From assembly GCA_047602425.1 (NCBI GenBank), contig JASGHG010000001.1, forward strand, positions 3,744,001 to 3,808,000: DNA of 64,000 nucleotides. The letters run 5' to 3'. Source of the DNA: Nibricoccus sp. GTDB lineage: Bacteria > Verrucomicrobiota > Verrucomicrobiia > Opitutales > Opitutaceae. The stretch's first letter is position 1, and every line of letters begins with the position of its first letter. Below, piece by piece: positions 28,802 to 39,774 of the stretch. The notes under the pieces were generated by a model, which saw only the letters and a program-made list of their open reading frames with translations, had not been told where the DNA came from and searched no databases. The position numbers and the translations under genes were made by a program.

Positions 28802-30909
28802 GGCGCGAATTCCATCTCGGATTTTCCATCTTCGGCCGAAGTCGACTTGGCATCGGCATCGTTGGCGACTTCGGGTTTCTCCGGAGCCTCGTCGGGCGGG
28901 GCTTCAATGCTTTCATCGCGCTTAAGAGTGAGCGTGTGATCGTCATTCTCGCGGATTTTATCGAGGACAGTCTTGATCTTGGCATACACGGAGGCCTTGA
29001 AAATGAGATTGGTCAGGCTCAGCTCTCGTCGGCAGGAAAGAACATTTTTGACGCGGTTGAACGTGATTTGGGTTTCGCTGCTGCACAAGCCACCGACGGA
29101 GATCGGTGCTGGAGCACTGGCTGCTTCGAGGACGTAACCGATCGGTATGACGATGTTGATTTCGTCTCTGGTCTGAAAACGGTGCGGGAACAAGAGCGGC
29201 GTCTTGCGTTCGCCATCGGGCAGGGAGAACCGCTTGGTACCACCTTTCTGAAAAACAGCTGGCTGGATGAACAGCCGCGAGCCGGTCTTTTCCGCGTAGG
29301 AAGGCATGCGGACATGGTAGGTGACTTTGGTGTTGGTCAATGGATCGGCAGCATTTTCGACGACGACATCCGTGATGCGTGCCTGCTTGTATTGCCGCAG
29401 CAACCGCCCTCTGAAATATTCCGCACGCTTCTCGGGAGTTTTGTCATCGAGTAGATTCTTCAGGGAAAAATCCTCCTGACCGGAGTAAATTTCGACCACA
29501 TCGCCCTCCAGCGTGCCGCCGGACGTAAGGCGAAGATCGGCTTTGCGCTGGACCAGATTTTTTTCCGGCGGCTCGCCTTGGATGAAGGCGGGGCTCTCCT
29601 GACCTTTGGGATCGCTGACAAGGATGGTGGTGTCGGTGTTGCGTGGACGAAGCTGGCCGAAGGGCAGGTAGGTGGCGCCGGGATCGAAGAACTTCCATTC
29701 TCCGCCGAGTTGCACGGCGGCTACCGGATTGGGAAACACGAAGCGCGGTTCAGTGATGATTTCATTATAAATCAGTTCGAAACGGTTGTTGCACGCGGCG
29801 ACGCGCGCATCAAGACCCGCGGCGCGAGCCAAGGCGATAAACAGCAAGTTGACATCGAAGCCCGTTCCGACGCCGGCTTTGAGCACATCGTTGGCATCGT
29901 CGTTCTTTTTTAGGGCCTTCCGTTGTTCGGCGCTGAGACGCGTGGTATCGCGTTCGAGGTTGGTGATGCCGGTGCGGCACCAGTTATAGAGCTTCAACAG
30001 TTTGTCCTCCGGGCTTTGCACGCCGGCAGTCAACTCCGTGGCTTTGGCGGTGATATCTGGTGTGGTTTTTAGCGGGGAGGCATATTTTTTGTGCAGTTCC
30101 TTGCTATATTGACGCCAGAAATCGGCTGGAGGCAGGTTCTTCGACTGGCTGAGGTACACCAACATGGAGGCGCAGTTCATGATCATGGGTGGCGCGTAGG
30201 GCTCCTGCTTCGCGGCCGGGAGGTTGGTGAGTTCGAACTCGTAAAAGCCATCCGCCCTAGCGTCTAGTTTTTGGTTCGGGCAGTGATACGATAGCGAGCG
30301 CACGTCGGCTTGAAAGACTAGATTCGGCGTCGGCCTTAGCATCCCGACCCTGAAATGAACGCGTCGGATGGGCAGGTTGGCCTGGAATACGATGGGAGCT
30401 AAAAACTTCGGGCTTTTGGAGGAGAGGTAGTATTTGTATTCGACGATCGCTCCGACCTCGAGGGCGGGAAAGGCGAAGGTCTTTGTCCGTATGCGGCCTT
30501 CGTTGTCTCTTCGTTCTTCGCGGGAATGGATGTCATCGGACTTCACCTCGACGATGGTGCCGTCCGGTTTGATCGTTCGCGCGTAAAGACCCGAAATTTT
30601 TTGATCGGACTTGGAAGCGATTTTGACGAGCGAGAAGTATTTTATGCCGCGCTCGGAAAATATTTTTGCGCGGATGTAGTGGGTTTCCTCGGCACCTTCG
30701 ATGGACGTGTAATCGAGTACCACGTCGCGGATGAGAATCTCGGCACCGGCTTCCGGATCGATTTTGGGCGTGGTCTCGGCGAGTTCGCTCTTGTTGATCT
30801 TCAACCAATCCACCGCTCGCACGGAAGTGCCGCTAAAGACCAGTGCGCCGAGGCAGCACAGCCAGAATATAAACGATCGCGGCAACCCGGGGGCGGCGGA
30901 AAGCGTCAT
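28798..30909 (-). CDS. DUF3857 + transglutaminase-like protein lacking catalytic Cys/His
   Basis: FPALEVGAIVEYKY; GTGFDVNLLF at the position of GDCKD; FFDPG; acidic C-terminal tail. Confidence 0.85.
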   Translation of the reverse strand: MTLSAAPGLPRSFIFWLCCLGALVFSGTSVRAVDWLKINKSELAETTPKIDPEAGAEILIRDVVLDYTSIEGAEETHYIRAKIFSERGIKYFSLVKIASKSDQKISGLYARTIKPDGTIVEVKSDDIHSREERRDNEGRIRTKTFAFPALEVGAIVEYKYYLSSKSPKFLAPIVFQANLPIRRVHFRVGMLRPTPNLVFQADVRSLSYHCPNQKLDARADGFYEFELTNLPAAKQEPYAPPMIMNCASMLVYLSQSKNLPPADFWRQYSKELHKKYASPLKTTPDITAKATELTAGVQSPEDKLLKLYNWCRTGITNLERDTTRLSAEQRKALKKNDDANDVLKAGVGTGFDVNLLFIALARAAGLDARVAACNNRFELIYNEIITEPRFVFPNPVAAVQLGGEWKFFDPGATYLPFGQLRPRNTDTTILVSDPKGQESPAFIQGEPPEKNLVQRKADLRLTSGGTLEGDVVEIYSGQEDFSLKNLLDDKTPEKRAEYFRGRLLRQYKQARITDVVVENAADPLTNTKVTYHVRMPSYAEKTGSRLFIQPAVFQKGGTKRFSLPDGERKTPLLFPHRFQTRDEINIVIPIGYVLEAASAPAPISVGGLCSSETQITFNRVKNVLSCRRELSLTNLIFKASVYAKIKTVLDKIRENDDHTLTLKRDESIEAPPDEAPEKPEVANDADAKSTSAEDGKSEMEFAP

Positions 30910-31016
30910 GCACAATGTCTCTAATGAGACCGTTCACGTGGGCAATCCCTATCTGGCCCTACCGGCTGGTTTTGAGAATACGTGAAATGGCCCGACGCGG
31001 ACTCGATCCCAGCACC

Positions 31017-33125
31017 TCATGAGACGAAATCCATATCGTCCCCGTCATCGTCATCAAGAGAGGTTTTTGAGTCGAGCTCGTCGGAGGAGTCTTCGCTCTC
31101 GACTGATTGAGGGATATCGATCGTTTCATCCCGTTTGAGAGAAAGGGTGTGATCGTCGCGCTCGCGTATTTTCCTGAGAACATCCTTCATTTTGGGGTAA
31201 ACCGAGGTGGGGAAGAAAATTTTTGAAAGATTGAATTCCCGCTTATACGTGACGGTTTTCGTGATTCTATTTAGGTTTATTTCAATGTCGTGGTCGCCCA
31301 AGCCATCGATATCCAAACCGACCGGTGGAGTGGTGGGTTCCATATCATAACCACTTGGAAGAACTATATGAATCTCATCCTTCGTTTGAAAGCGGTGGGG
31401 GAATTGCAGCGGATTGTAGCGTTCGCCATCGGGCAAAGTGAGCCGTTTAACACCGCCTTTTTGAAACACGGCTGGCTGAAAAAACATCCGGGAACCTGTC
31501 TTTTCCGCGTAGGCATGGATTTTGAGATGATAGGAAACTCGAAGATTTGCTGACGGGCCCGCAGCGTTTTCGACGACAACGTTCGTCACGCGAGCATGTT
31601 TGAACTGACGTAAAATCTTTTTTCTAAAAAGCTCGGCGCATTTGTCAGGACTTTGGTCCTCAAAGAAGTATTTCAAATTCACGTCCTCTTGTCCCGAATA
31701 AGTTTCCACGACGTCGCCTTCGATCGTGCCGGTCGGACTCAGGCGAAGGTCGGCTTTTCTTTGAATGCAATTGGCGTTTGATGGGTCCCCCTCGATCATG
31801 GTTGGGCGTCCGAGTCCGTTCGGGTCGCTCACGAGAAGGGCGGTATCTGTATTTTTGGATGAAAGCTGGCCGAAAGAAAGGTAAGTCGAGCCTGGATCAA
31901 AGTACCTCCAGTCGCCTCCCATTTGAACGGCTGCTATCAGATCGGAAAACACAAGAGCGGGCTCAGTGATGTTCTCTTCGTACCGAAACTCGAAGCGGTT
32001 ATTGCACATGGCAACGCGTGCATCAAAACCTGCGGCCATTGCGAGGGAAATAAACAGGAGATTGATATCGGCTTCACTTCCCTTGCCCGCGGTGAGGATT
32101 TCGGCTGCGTTTTCATTTTTTTTAAGGACTTTGCGTTCCTCGGCGGTCAGGTGCGTTGTTCCGCGTGATAGGTTGGTTATGTGGATTCGGCACCATTCGT
32201 GGATTGCTTTGAGCTTGGCGTCATCGGTCGCCGCTGCGCCGACAATCTCCCGAGCTTTTTCGACGAGAGTGGGCGTGGTTTTCAACATCGAGGCATGTTC
32301 CTTGTAGAGCTCCTTGCTGTATTTTCGCCAAAAATCAGCCGGCAAATCGCGTTTGGAATCGCTATAGAACAAGTGCATCGATGGGCAACTTATCAGAACC
32401 GGAGGCGAGAGCGGCTCGCTGATGAAGGCCGGAAGGTTTCTAAATTCGAAGGTGAAAAATCCATCCTTGGGGATGAGCTTTTGATTGGCACAGAGGTAGC
32501 TGAGCGCCCGGATGTGATACGCCCCCACGTACTGAGGGGGAAGTTTTGGCAGGCCGACTTTGTAGCGTACGAGCCTGGTCGGCAGACTATTTTGAAACAC
32601 GATTGCGGCGGCAAATTTTGGTTTGGTGGAATAAATGCGGTACTTGTATTCAATCACCGCTCCAACTTCGAGGGCGGGAAGCGCAAACGTCTTTGTGTGC
32701 ACGCGGCCTTCACGATCACGGAATTCCTCGCGATTGTGGATGTCCTTCGATTTTACCTCAGTGACGTACCCGGCGGGTGTAATGGTTCGCGCGGCCAATT
32801 CCGAGATGCTTTGATCGTTTTCGCAGGCGATTTTAACCAGCGAGAAATACTCAATGCCGCGCGTGGAAAAAATTTTCGCTCGGACATAGCGTGTCGCTTC
32901 CGCGCTGTCCAAGGACTTGTAATTGAGCAGGACGTCCTCGACGAGAATTTCAGCTCCTGCTTCGGCATCGATCTTAGGCGTGGTTTCAGCGAGCTCTGCT
33001 TTGTCGATTTTTGGCCATTCTCGCCAGTCTCCCGCGTCTGCCTGCGAAGCGGCCAAAGCGAAAAGGCTGAGGCACCATAGCCTGATTAATAGTAATCGTT
33101 TCTTTCCGAGGATAGCCGAAAGCAT
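31017..33125 (-). CDS. Paralog of the adjacent DUF3857 protein, also lacking catalytic Cys/His
   Basis: Collinear similarity to 28798..30909 (KIDAEAGAEIL, LPALEVGAVIEYKY, QPAVFQKGG, FPHRFQT, DDHTLSLKRDE). Confidence 0.85.
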   Translation of the reverse strand: MLSAILGKKRLLLIRLWCLSLFALAASQADAGDWREWPKIDKAELAETTPKIDAEAGAEILVEDVLLNYKSLDSAEATRYVRAKIFSTRGIEYFSLVKIACENDQSISELAARTITPAGYVTEVKSKDIHNREEFRDREGRVHTKTFALPALEVGAVIEYKYRIYSTKPKFAAAIVFQNSLPTRLVRYKVGLPKLPPQYVGAYHIRALSYLCANQKLIPKDGFFTFEFRNLPAFISEPLSPPVLISCPSMHLFYSDSKRDLPADFWRKYSKELYKEHASMLKTTPTLVEKAREIVGAAATDDAKLKAIHEWCRIHITNLSRGTTHLTAEERKVLKKNENAAEILTAGKGSEADINLLFISLAMAAGFDARVAMCNNRFEFRYEENITEPALVFSDLIAAVQMGGDWRYFDPGSTYLSFGQLSSKNTDTALLVSDPNGLGRPTMIEGDPSNANCIQRKADLRLSPTGTIEGDVVETYSGQEDVNLKYFFEDQSPDKCAELFRKKILRQFKHARVTNVVVENAAGPSANLRVSYHLKIHAYAEKTGSRMFFQPAVFQKGGVKRLTLPDGERYNPLQFPHRFQTKDEIHIVLPSGYDMEPTTPPVGLDIDGLGDHDIEINLNRITKTVTYKREFNLSKIFFPTSVYPKMKDVLRKIRERDDHTLSLKRDETIDIPQSVESEDSSDELDSKTSLDDDDGDDMDFVS

Positions 33126-33247
33126 GGTGAATTGGTTTTAGTCATGCCAACGAGTTGGGCAACACGGAACGTTCAGGCTGATTGGTTGTCGCGGCTACCG
33201 TCCGCAGGGTCCATGCGCGATTTCGGCGAAGCGCTGCCCCGGTCAAT

Positions 33248-33283
33248 AAAAAAACCGGCGCACCCGAGGGAGCTGCCGGTTTC
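33248..33283 (-). terminator. Rho-independent terminator after the AsmA-like gene
   Basis: Minus strand AAACCGGC...GCCGGTTTTTT hairpin plus U-tract about 20 nt after the stop codon. Confidence 0.7.
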
Positions 33284-33304
33284 GATAGACTATCGTGGCT
33301 GTCT

Positions 33305-34051
33305 TTACTTTTTCCCGCCGAGCAGGTCGCGGAGGCCTTCGCCGGCTTTGTCGAGGAGGCCGCGTTTGCCGGCTTCCACGGCGGCAGCCTTGGCTACGCG
33401 GATGGAGATTTCCTTGATAATTGCGATGGAGAGTTCCTGCGGGGTTAGGCCACCTTCCTTGGTGCCAATATCGGTCATCACGAACTCAGGCAGCGTCACG
33501 CTGTAGCTCTTGCCGGCAGCGATGCCTTTGACCGTGACGTTGGCGAGACGGAAACTCTTGATCTCGATTTTAGGCTCTTTGGCTGGTTCGGTTTTGGCGG
33601 GTTGCGGCGCCGTAGTCTCGGGCTTTGGCTCGGTCTGCGCTTGCTGGGTGCCACCGGCGGATTGCTGGATGTTCTTTATGAGATCCTGGAGGTTGCTGTT
33701 GGTAATGGTTGTTTCGTAAATGATCTCGGGGTTGTCGATCACGATGCTGTTGACGACAATGTGGTCGCTCGTGAGCGATTTGGGTTCGAGATGAATGGAA
33801 ATTTCCCGGAGGAAAAACGCATGCTCGGACGTCCAGCCTTTGGGATTGCCAATGGTGAGTTCCTTAAGCGCGCCTTTGCCTGAAAACGGCGAGATGTCGG
33901 CTTCCTTGAGGACGACGGTCGTTTGGGTGATTTTTGGACCGGCGGTATTGACCGCGGTTTTCACGATCGTGCCGAGCTTGGCAATAATGATGATGATGGC
34001 GACGACCGTTACGACAAAGAGGCCGGCCAGAATGATCAGGAGTTTTTTCAT
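33305..34051 (-). CDS. AsmA-like membrane-anchored protein
   Basis: N-terminal TM helix; SPFSG.G...LTIGNP.G; IVIDNPEIIYE; DIG.KEGG.TP. Confidence 0.75.
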   Translation of the reverse strand: MKKLLIILAGLFVVTVVAIIIIIAKLGTIVKTAVNTAGPKITQTTVVLKEADISPFSGKGALKELTIGNPKGWTSEHAFFLREISIHLEPKSLTSDHIVVNSIVIDNPEIIYETTITNSNLQDLIKNIQQSAGGTQQAQTEPKPETTAPQPAKTEPAKEPKIEIKSFRLANVTVKGIAAGKSYSVTLPEFVMTDIGTKEGGLTPQELSIAIIKEISIRVAKAAAVEAGKRGLLDKAGEGLRDLLGGKK

Positions 34052-34185
34052 GAGAGAAGGGAGATAGACGTGTAACCGAACACTGACAGCGCCCATGCGA
34101 AGATGTGCGACGTGAAATTTACACGACGATTTTCGCTTGTCACGCTCGCTTCGCGCCCGACGCTGGAGGTCGAAAATAAATTCTC

Positions 34186-36026
<1,841 letters not shown>

Positions 36027-36027
<1 letters not shown>

Positions 36028-37373
36028 TGCCGTTCGCGCAAGGGCGTTCGATGCTGCTTAAAATGAATGCCCGCCGCATGCCCGGAAGTCACGCCGGGCA
36101 TCTGGAGCATCCCCGCCAACGTCATTCGACCGCTGGTGACGGTAGACTCCATTCGCACGGATGGGTGATTGCCGGTTTGCTCTTGGTTTTGTTTTTTGGC
36201 GGTTGCGCAACGGCGCCGACCGTTTACCGCGAGCCGCCGAAGCTGGCGGTGGAGGATCGTGTCGAGGCCAATCTCAAGGTCTTCGACAAGGCGTGGTCCT
36301 TGGTGGATAGGAATTATTTCGACCCGAAATTTCGCGGCGTCGACTGGCGCGCTCAGCGCGAAAGGTATCGGCCGGAGGCTGCTGCCGCGGCGGATGACGA
36401 CGCTCTTTATCGGGTGATTAACAGAATGGCGGCCGAGTTAAAGGAATCGCATCTCGCTGCGTTGTCTCCGCGGAGAACGCACGAATTTTCGTCGGGCTTC
36501 CGCGTGGCGGCGGGCTTTACGTGGCAGGTGGTTGAAGGCCGGCTGGTGGTGACACGTGTGGTGCCGGGGAGTCCGGCTGAACTCGCGGGTATCAAGCCGG
36601 GTTGGGTGGTCGTGTCGCGGAATGGTATAGAATTTTCCGCGGAGCCTAGGCGCGACAGTTTTGTGGCGCGCATGGGCGAGGCGATTCGTTTTGTATTTCT
36701 CGACGAGCACGAACAACGGCGCGAACTTGAGCTTCAACCGCAGCCGTTGAAATTCGAGCAGCGCGTGGCCCGGGTGCTGCCGGACGGCACGCTGTATTTG
36801 CGCTTCGACGAATTCACGACGCTGGAATCGACATCCTGGCTCAGCGAGCAATTGAAAATGCATCGCGCGGCACCAGCCGCTGTGATCGATCTGCGGCAGA
36901 ATCCCGGTGGCAAAATGTTCGGCTTGCGCATGGCCGTGGCGGAATTTTTCGAGCACCGCGTCCTCATTGGCCACATGGTGAAACGCAGCGGGCGCGACGG
37001 TTTGCGGAGCAGCCTTTCTCTTCTCTCTGCCAAGTTTCCAGGCCGCGTGGTTCTTCTGGTTGGACCGAACACCGGCAGCGCGGCTGAAATATTTGCCCAC
37101 GTATTGCAGCATGAACACCGCGCCACCGTGGTCGGCCGGAAAACCGCGGGCGCGGTTGTCAGTTCGCTATTCTACTCGTTGCCGGGCGGTGGAAAAATGC
37201 AGGTGCCGTTTTGCGACTACGTTGGAGTCGACGGCCGGCGACTCGAAGGGCGCGGTGTCACGCCCGACGTGGAAGTGCGCGCGACGCTTGCGGACTTGCG
37301 CGCTGGTATCGATGCCGAGCTTGAGGCTGCGCTGGCGGAATCGAAGAAAATTGCAGTTGCCCGCGGACGATGA
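36027..37373 (+). CDS. S41-family peptidase with PDZ domain, probable lipoprotein; true start may be further downstream
   Basis: LFFGGC lipobox-like motif, PGSPAELAGIKPG, IDLRQNPGG, TGSAAEIF, GRKTAG, EGRGVTPDV. Confidence 0.88.
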
Positions 37374-37438
37374 GGCTTAAATTTCGTGCTTGGCGGGGGC
37401 AAGCAGAGCGTCCGTAGTTAAGTTTTCAATTTTAGGAA

Positions 37439-39610
37439 ATGGCCAAGAAAAAATCGCCCAAGAAGAAACAAGACGACCAAGCAGAGCTGCCGCTTGAACA
37501 ATCGGCACAGGCTGAGAACAAGAAGGCGGAGGCCATCGAGTCGAAGTCGGAAGTCGGAGGTCGGAAGTCGGAAGACAACACGGCCGAGGCTGGAAGCCAG
37601 AAGCCGGAGGCCAGCGTTCATGCTGAAGCTGCCACCGTGGCCAAAGGCGGCAACGGCAAGGATGCCCCGCTGGCGAAACATTACCGCACGTGGTTTCTCG
37701 ATTACGCGAGCTACGTGATTCTCGATCGTGCGGTGCCGCACATGGACGACGGTTTGAAGCCCGTGCAGCGCCGCGTGCTCCACACCTTATGGGACATGGA
37801 CGACGGCCGCTTCCACAAGGTCGCCAACGTTGTAGGTGCGACGATGAAACTTCACCCGCACGGCGATGCGTCGATCGGCGCTGCTCTCGTGGCTATCGCG
37901 CAGCGTGGCTGGTTGATCGAACCACAAGGTAATTTCGGCAACATCTACACGGGTGATGAGGCGGCGGCACCGCGTTACATCGAAGCGCGCCTGACACCTT
38001 TTGCGCGCGAAGTTCTTTTCAATCCGAAAACCACAACCTGGCAACAGAGCTACGATGGACGCAATCGCGAGCCAGTCACGCTGCCCGCGAAATTCCCGAT
38101 CGTACTCCTCGAAGGCGCGGACGGTATTGCCGTCGGTCTTTCGACGAAAATCCTGCCGCACAATTTCAACGACCTCTGCCGGGCGGCGGTGAATCATCTC
38201 CAGGGAAAAACCTTCCGCATTTATCCTGATTTTCCGACGGGCGGCATCGCCGATTTTTCGGAATACAACGACGGCGAGCGCGGCGGCAAGGTGAAGATCC
38301 GCGCAAAGATCGAACAACGCAGCAAGTACCTGCTCGCGATCACCGAACTGCCCTACGGCCTCACGACTGAGGCACTGATCGAATCGATCCTGGCCGCCAA
38401 CGCTAAGGGGAAGATCAAGGTTCGGCACGTCGACGACAACACAGCCGACAAAGTTGAGATCCTTGTTCACCTGCCGCAGGGCGCCGATCCCGAACAAGTT
38501 ATTCAACAACTCTACGTTTTCACGAGTTGCCAGGTGAATCTCTCTCCGGCGGCGTGCGTGATCGAAAACGACGAAAAGACGGGCAACGACAGACCGATCT
38601 TCCTCGGCGTGCGCGAAATTCTCAAACGCTGCGTCGACAAGACAAAGGCGCTACTCAAGCAAGAGCTCGAAATTAAACTCGGTGAACTCGAACAACAGTG
38701 GCACTGGGATTCGCTCGAGCGCATTTTCATCGAGGAGCGCATCTACCGGCGTATCGAAAAATCCAAGACGTGGGAAAGCGTGCTTGAGGAAATCCGCGAA
38801 GGATTGAAACCCTTCATCAAAAATCTCCGCCGCGAAGTCACTGACGACGACATCACGCGCCTGACGGAAATCCGCATCAAGCGCATTTCGGCTTACAATC
38901 GTTTCCAAGCCGACGAGGCGATCAAGAAGATCGAGGAAGGCATGAAGGAAACGAAATCGAACCTCAAGAACCTCACGGCCTACGCCGTCGCTTGGTACGA
39001 GATGCTGGCCGAAAAATACGGCAAGGGCATCAAACGCCGTACGAGTTACGACGAGATCGAGCAGATCAGTGCGCACGAAGTCGTTTCCTCGAACCAACGT
39101 CTGTATGTAAATCGCGAGGAAGGCTTCATCGGCCTCAACTGGCGCCAGCACGAATTCGTGCTGGAATGCTCGATCCTCGACGACGTCATTTGCTTTATGG
39201 CGGACGGCACGATGAAAGTCGCACGTGTGGCCGACAAGGTCTTCATGGGCCGCGAAATCCTCCACGTGGCCGTGCTCCCGAAGGACGGCGACAAGGGTTT
39301 CTACACGATGATGTACCAGGACAAGGAAAGCGGGAAGGCCTTTGCCAAACGTTTCCAAGTCGGCGGCGTCACGCGCGAAAAACTCTACAATCTCACTCCG
39401 AGCGAAGGTTCGAGAGTGGTATTTTTCGATGTGGCCAAGGTCGAGGCGAGTATGACGAAAAAGGTCAACGTGACGCTGAGCGGCCGCTGCTCGGCGCGCA
39501 TCAAGGAATTCGAATTCGACCTATCGCCGCTCACCTTGGGCAGTCGCAACGCCAAGGGCCTCACCGTAACCAAATATCCGATACGCGTGGTCAAGCGCGC
39601 GGAAGGCTGA
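37439..39610 (+). CDS. parC: DNA topoisomerase IV subunit A
   Basis: YASYVILDRAVP, DGLKPVQRR, HPHGDAS and AAPRYIE (catalytic Tyr) motifs. Confidence 0.92.
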   Translation: MAKKKSPKKKQDDQAELPLEQSAQAENKKAEAIESKSEVGGRKSEDNTAEAGSQKPEASVHAEAATVAKGGNGKDAPLAKHYRTWFLDYASYVILDRAVPHMDDGLKPVQRRVLHTLWDMDDGRFHKVANVVGATMKLHPHGDASIGAALVAIAQRGWLIEPQGNFGNIYTGDEAAAPRYIEARLTPFAREVLFNPKTTTWQQSYDGRNREPVTLPAKFPIVLLEGADGIAVGLSTKILPHNFNDLCRAAVNHLQGKTFRIYPDFPTGGIADFSEYNDGERGGKVKIRAKIEQRSKYLLAITELPYGLTTEALIESILAANAKGKIKVRHVDDNTADKVEILVHLPQGADPEQVIQQLYVFTSCQVNLSPAACVIENDEKTGNDRPIFLGVREILKRCVDKTKALLKQELEIKLGELEQQWHWDSLERIFIEERIYRRIEKSKTWESVLEEIREGLKPFIKNLRREVTDDDITRLTEIRIKRISAYNRFQADEAIKKIEEGMKETKSNLKNLTAYAVAWYEMLAEKYGKGIKRRTSYDEIEQISAHEVVSSNQRLYVNREEGFIGLNWRQHEFVLECSILDDVICFMADGTMKVARVADKVFMGREILHVAVLPKDGDKGFYTMMYQDKESGKAFAKRFQVGGVTREKLYNLTPSEGSRVVFFDVAKVEASMTKKVNVTLSGRCSARIKEFEFDLSPLTLGSRNAKGLTVTKYPIRVVKRAEG
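37544..37614 (+). repeat. 7-nt periodic arrays in frame within the ParC N-terminus
   Basis: AAGTCGG-AAGTCGG-AGGTCGG-AAGTCGG and AGGCTGG-AAGCCAG-AAGCCGG-AGGCCAG. Confidence 0.75.
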
Positions 39611-39657
39611 GCCCAATCACGGCGTTGGCGATGAACCTCGGAGAAGGCTTGAGTCAA

Positions 39658-39733
39658 GGTGGGGCGCGTTGACCTCAACGCGCTTTCCCAACGTCGCCCG
39701 AATACCAGCGCATTGAGGTCAATGCGCTCCACC
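39658..39733. repeat. REP-like doublet (GTGG-headed palindromes, inverted)
   Basis: GGTGGGGCGCGTTGACCTCAACGCGCT vs reverse complement GGTGGAGCGCATTGACCTCAATGCGCT, with a compensatory stem change; lies between convergent parC and batD. Confidence 0.8.
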
Positions 39734-39774
39734 CAATTGCAATGTTACGGCTAAGCGCGTCCTGCCCTGGTGCG

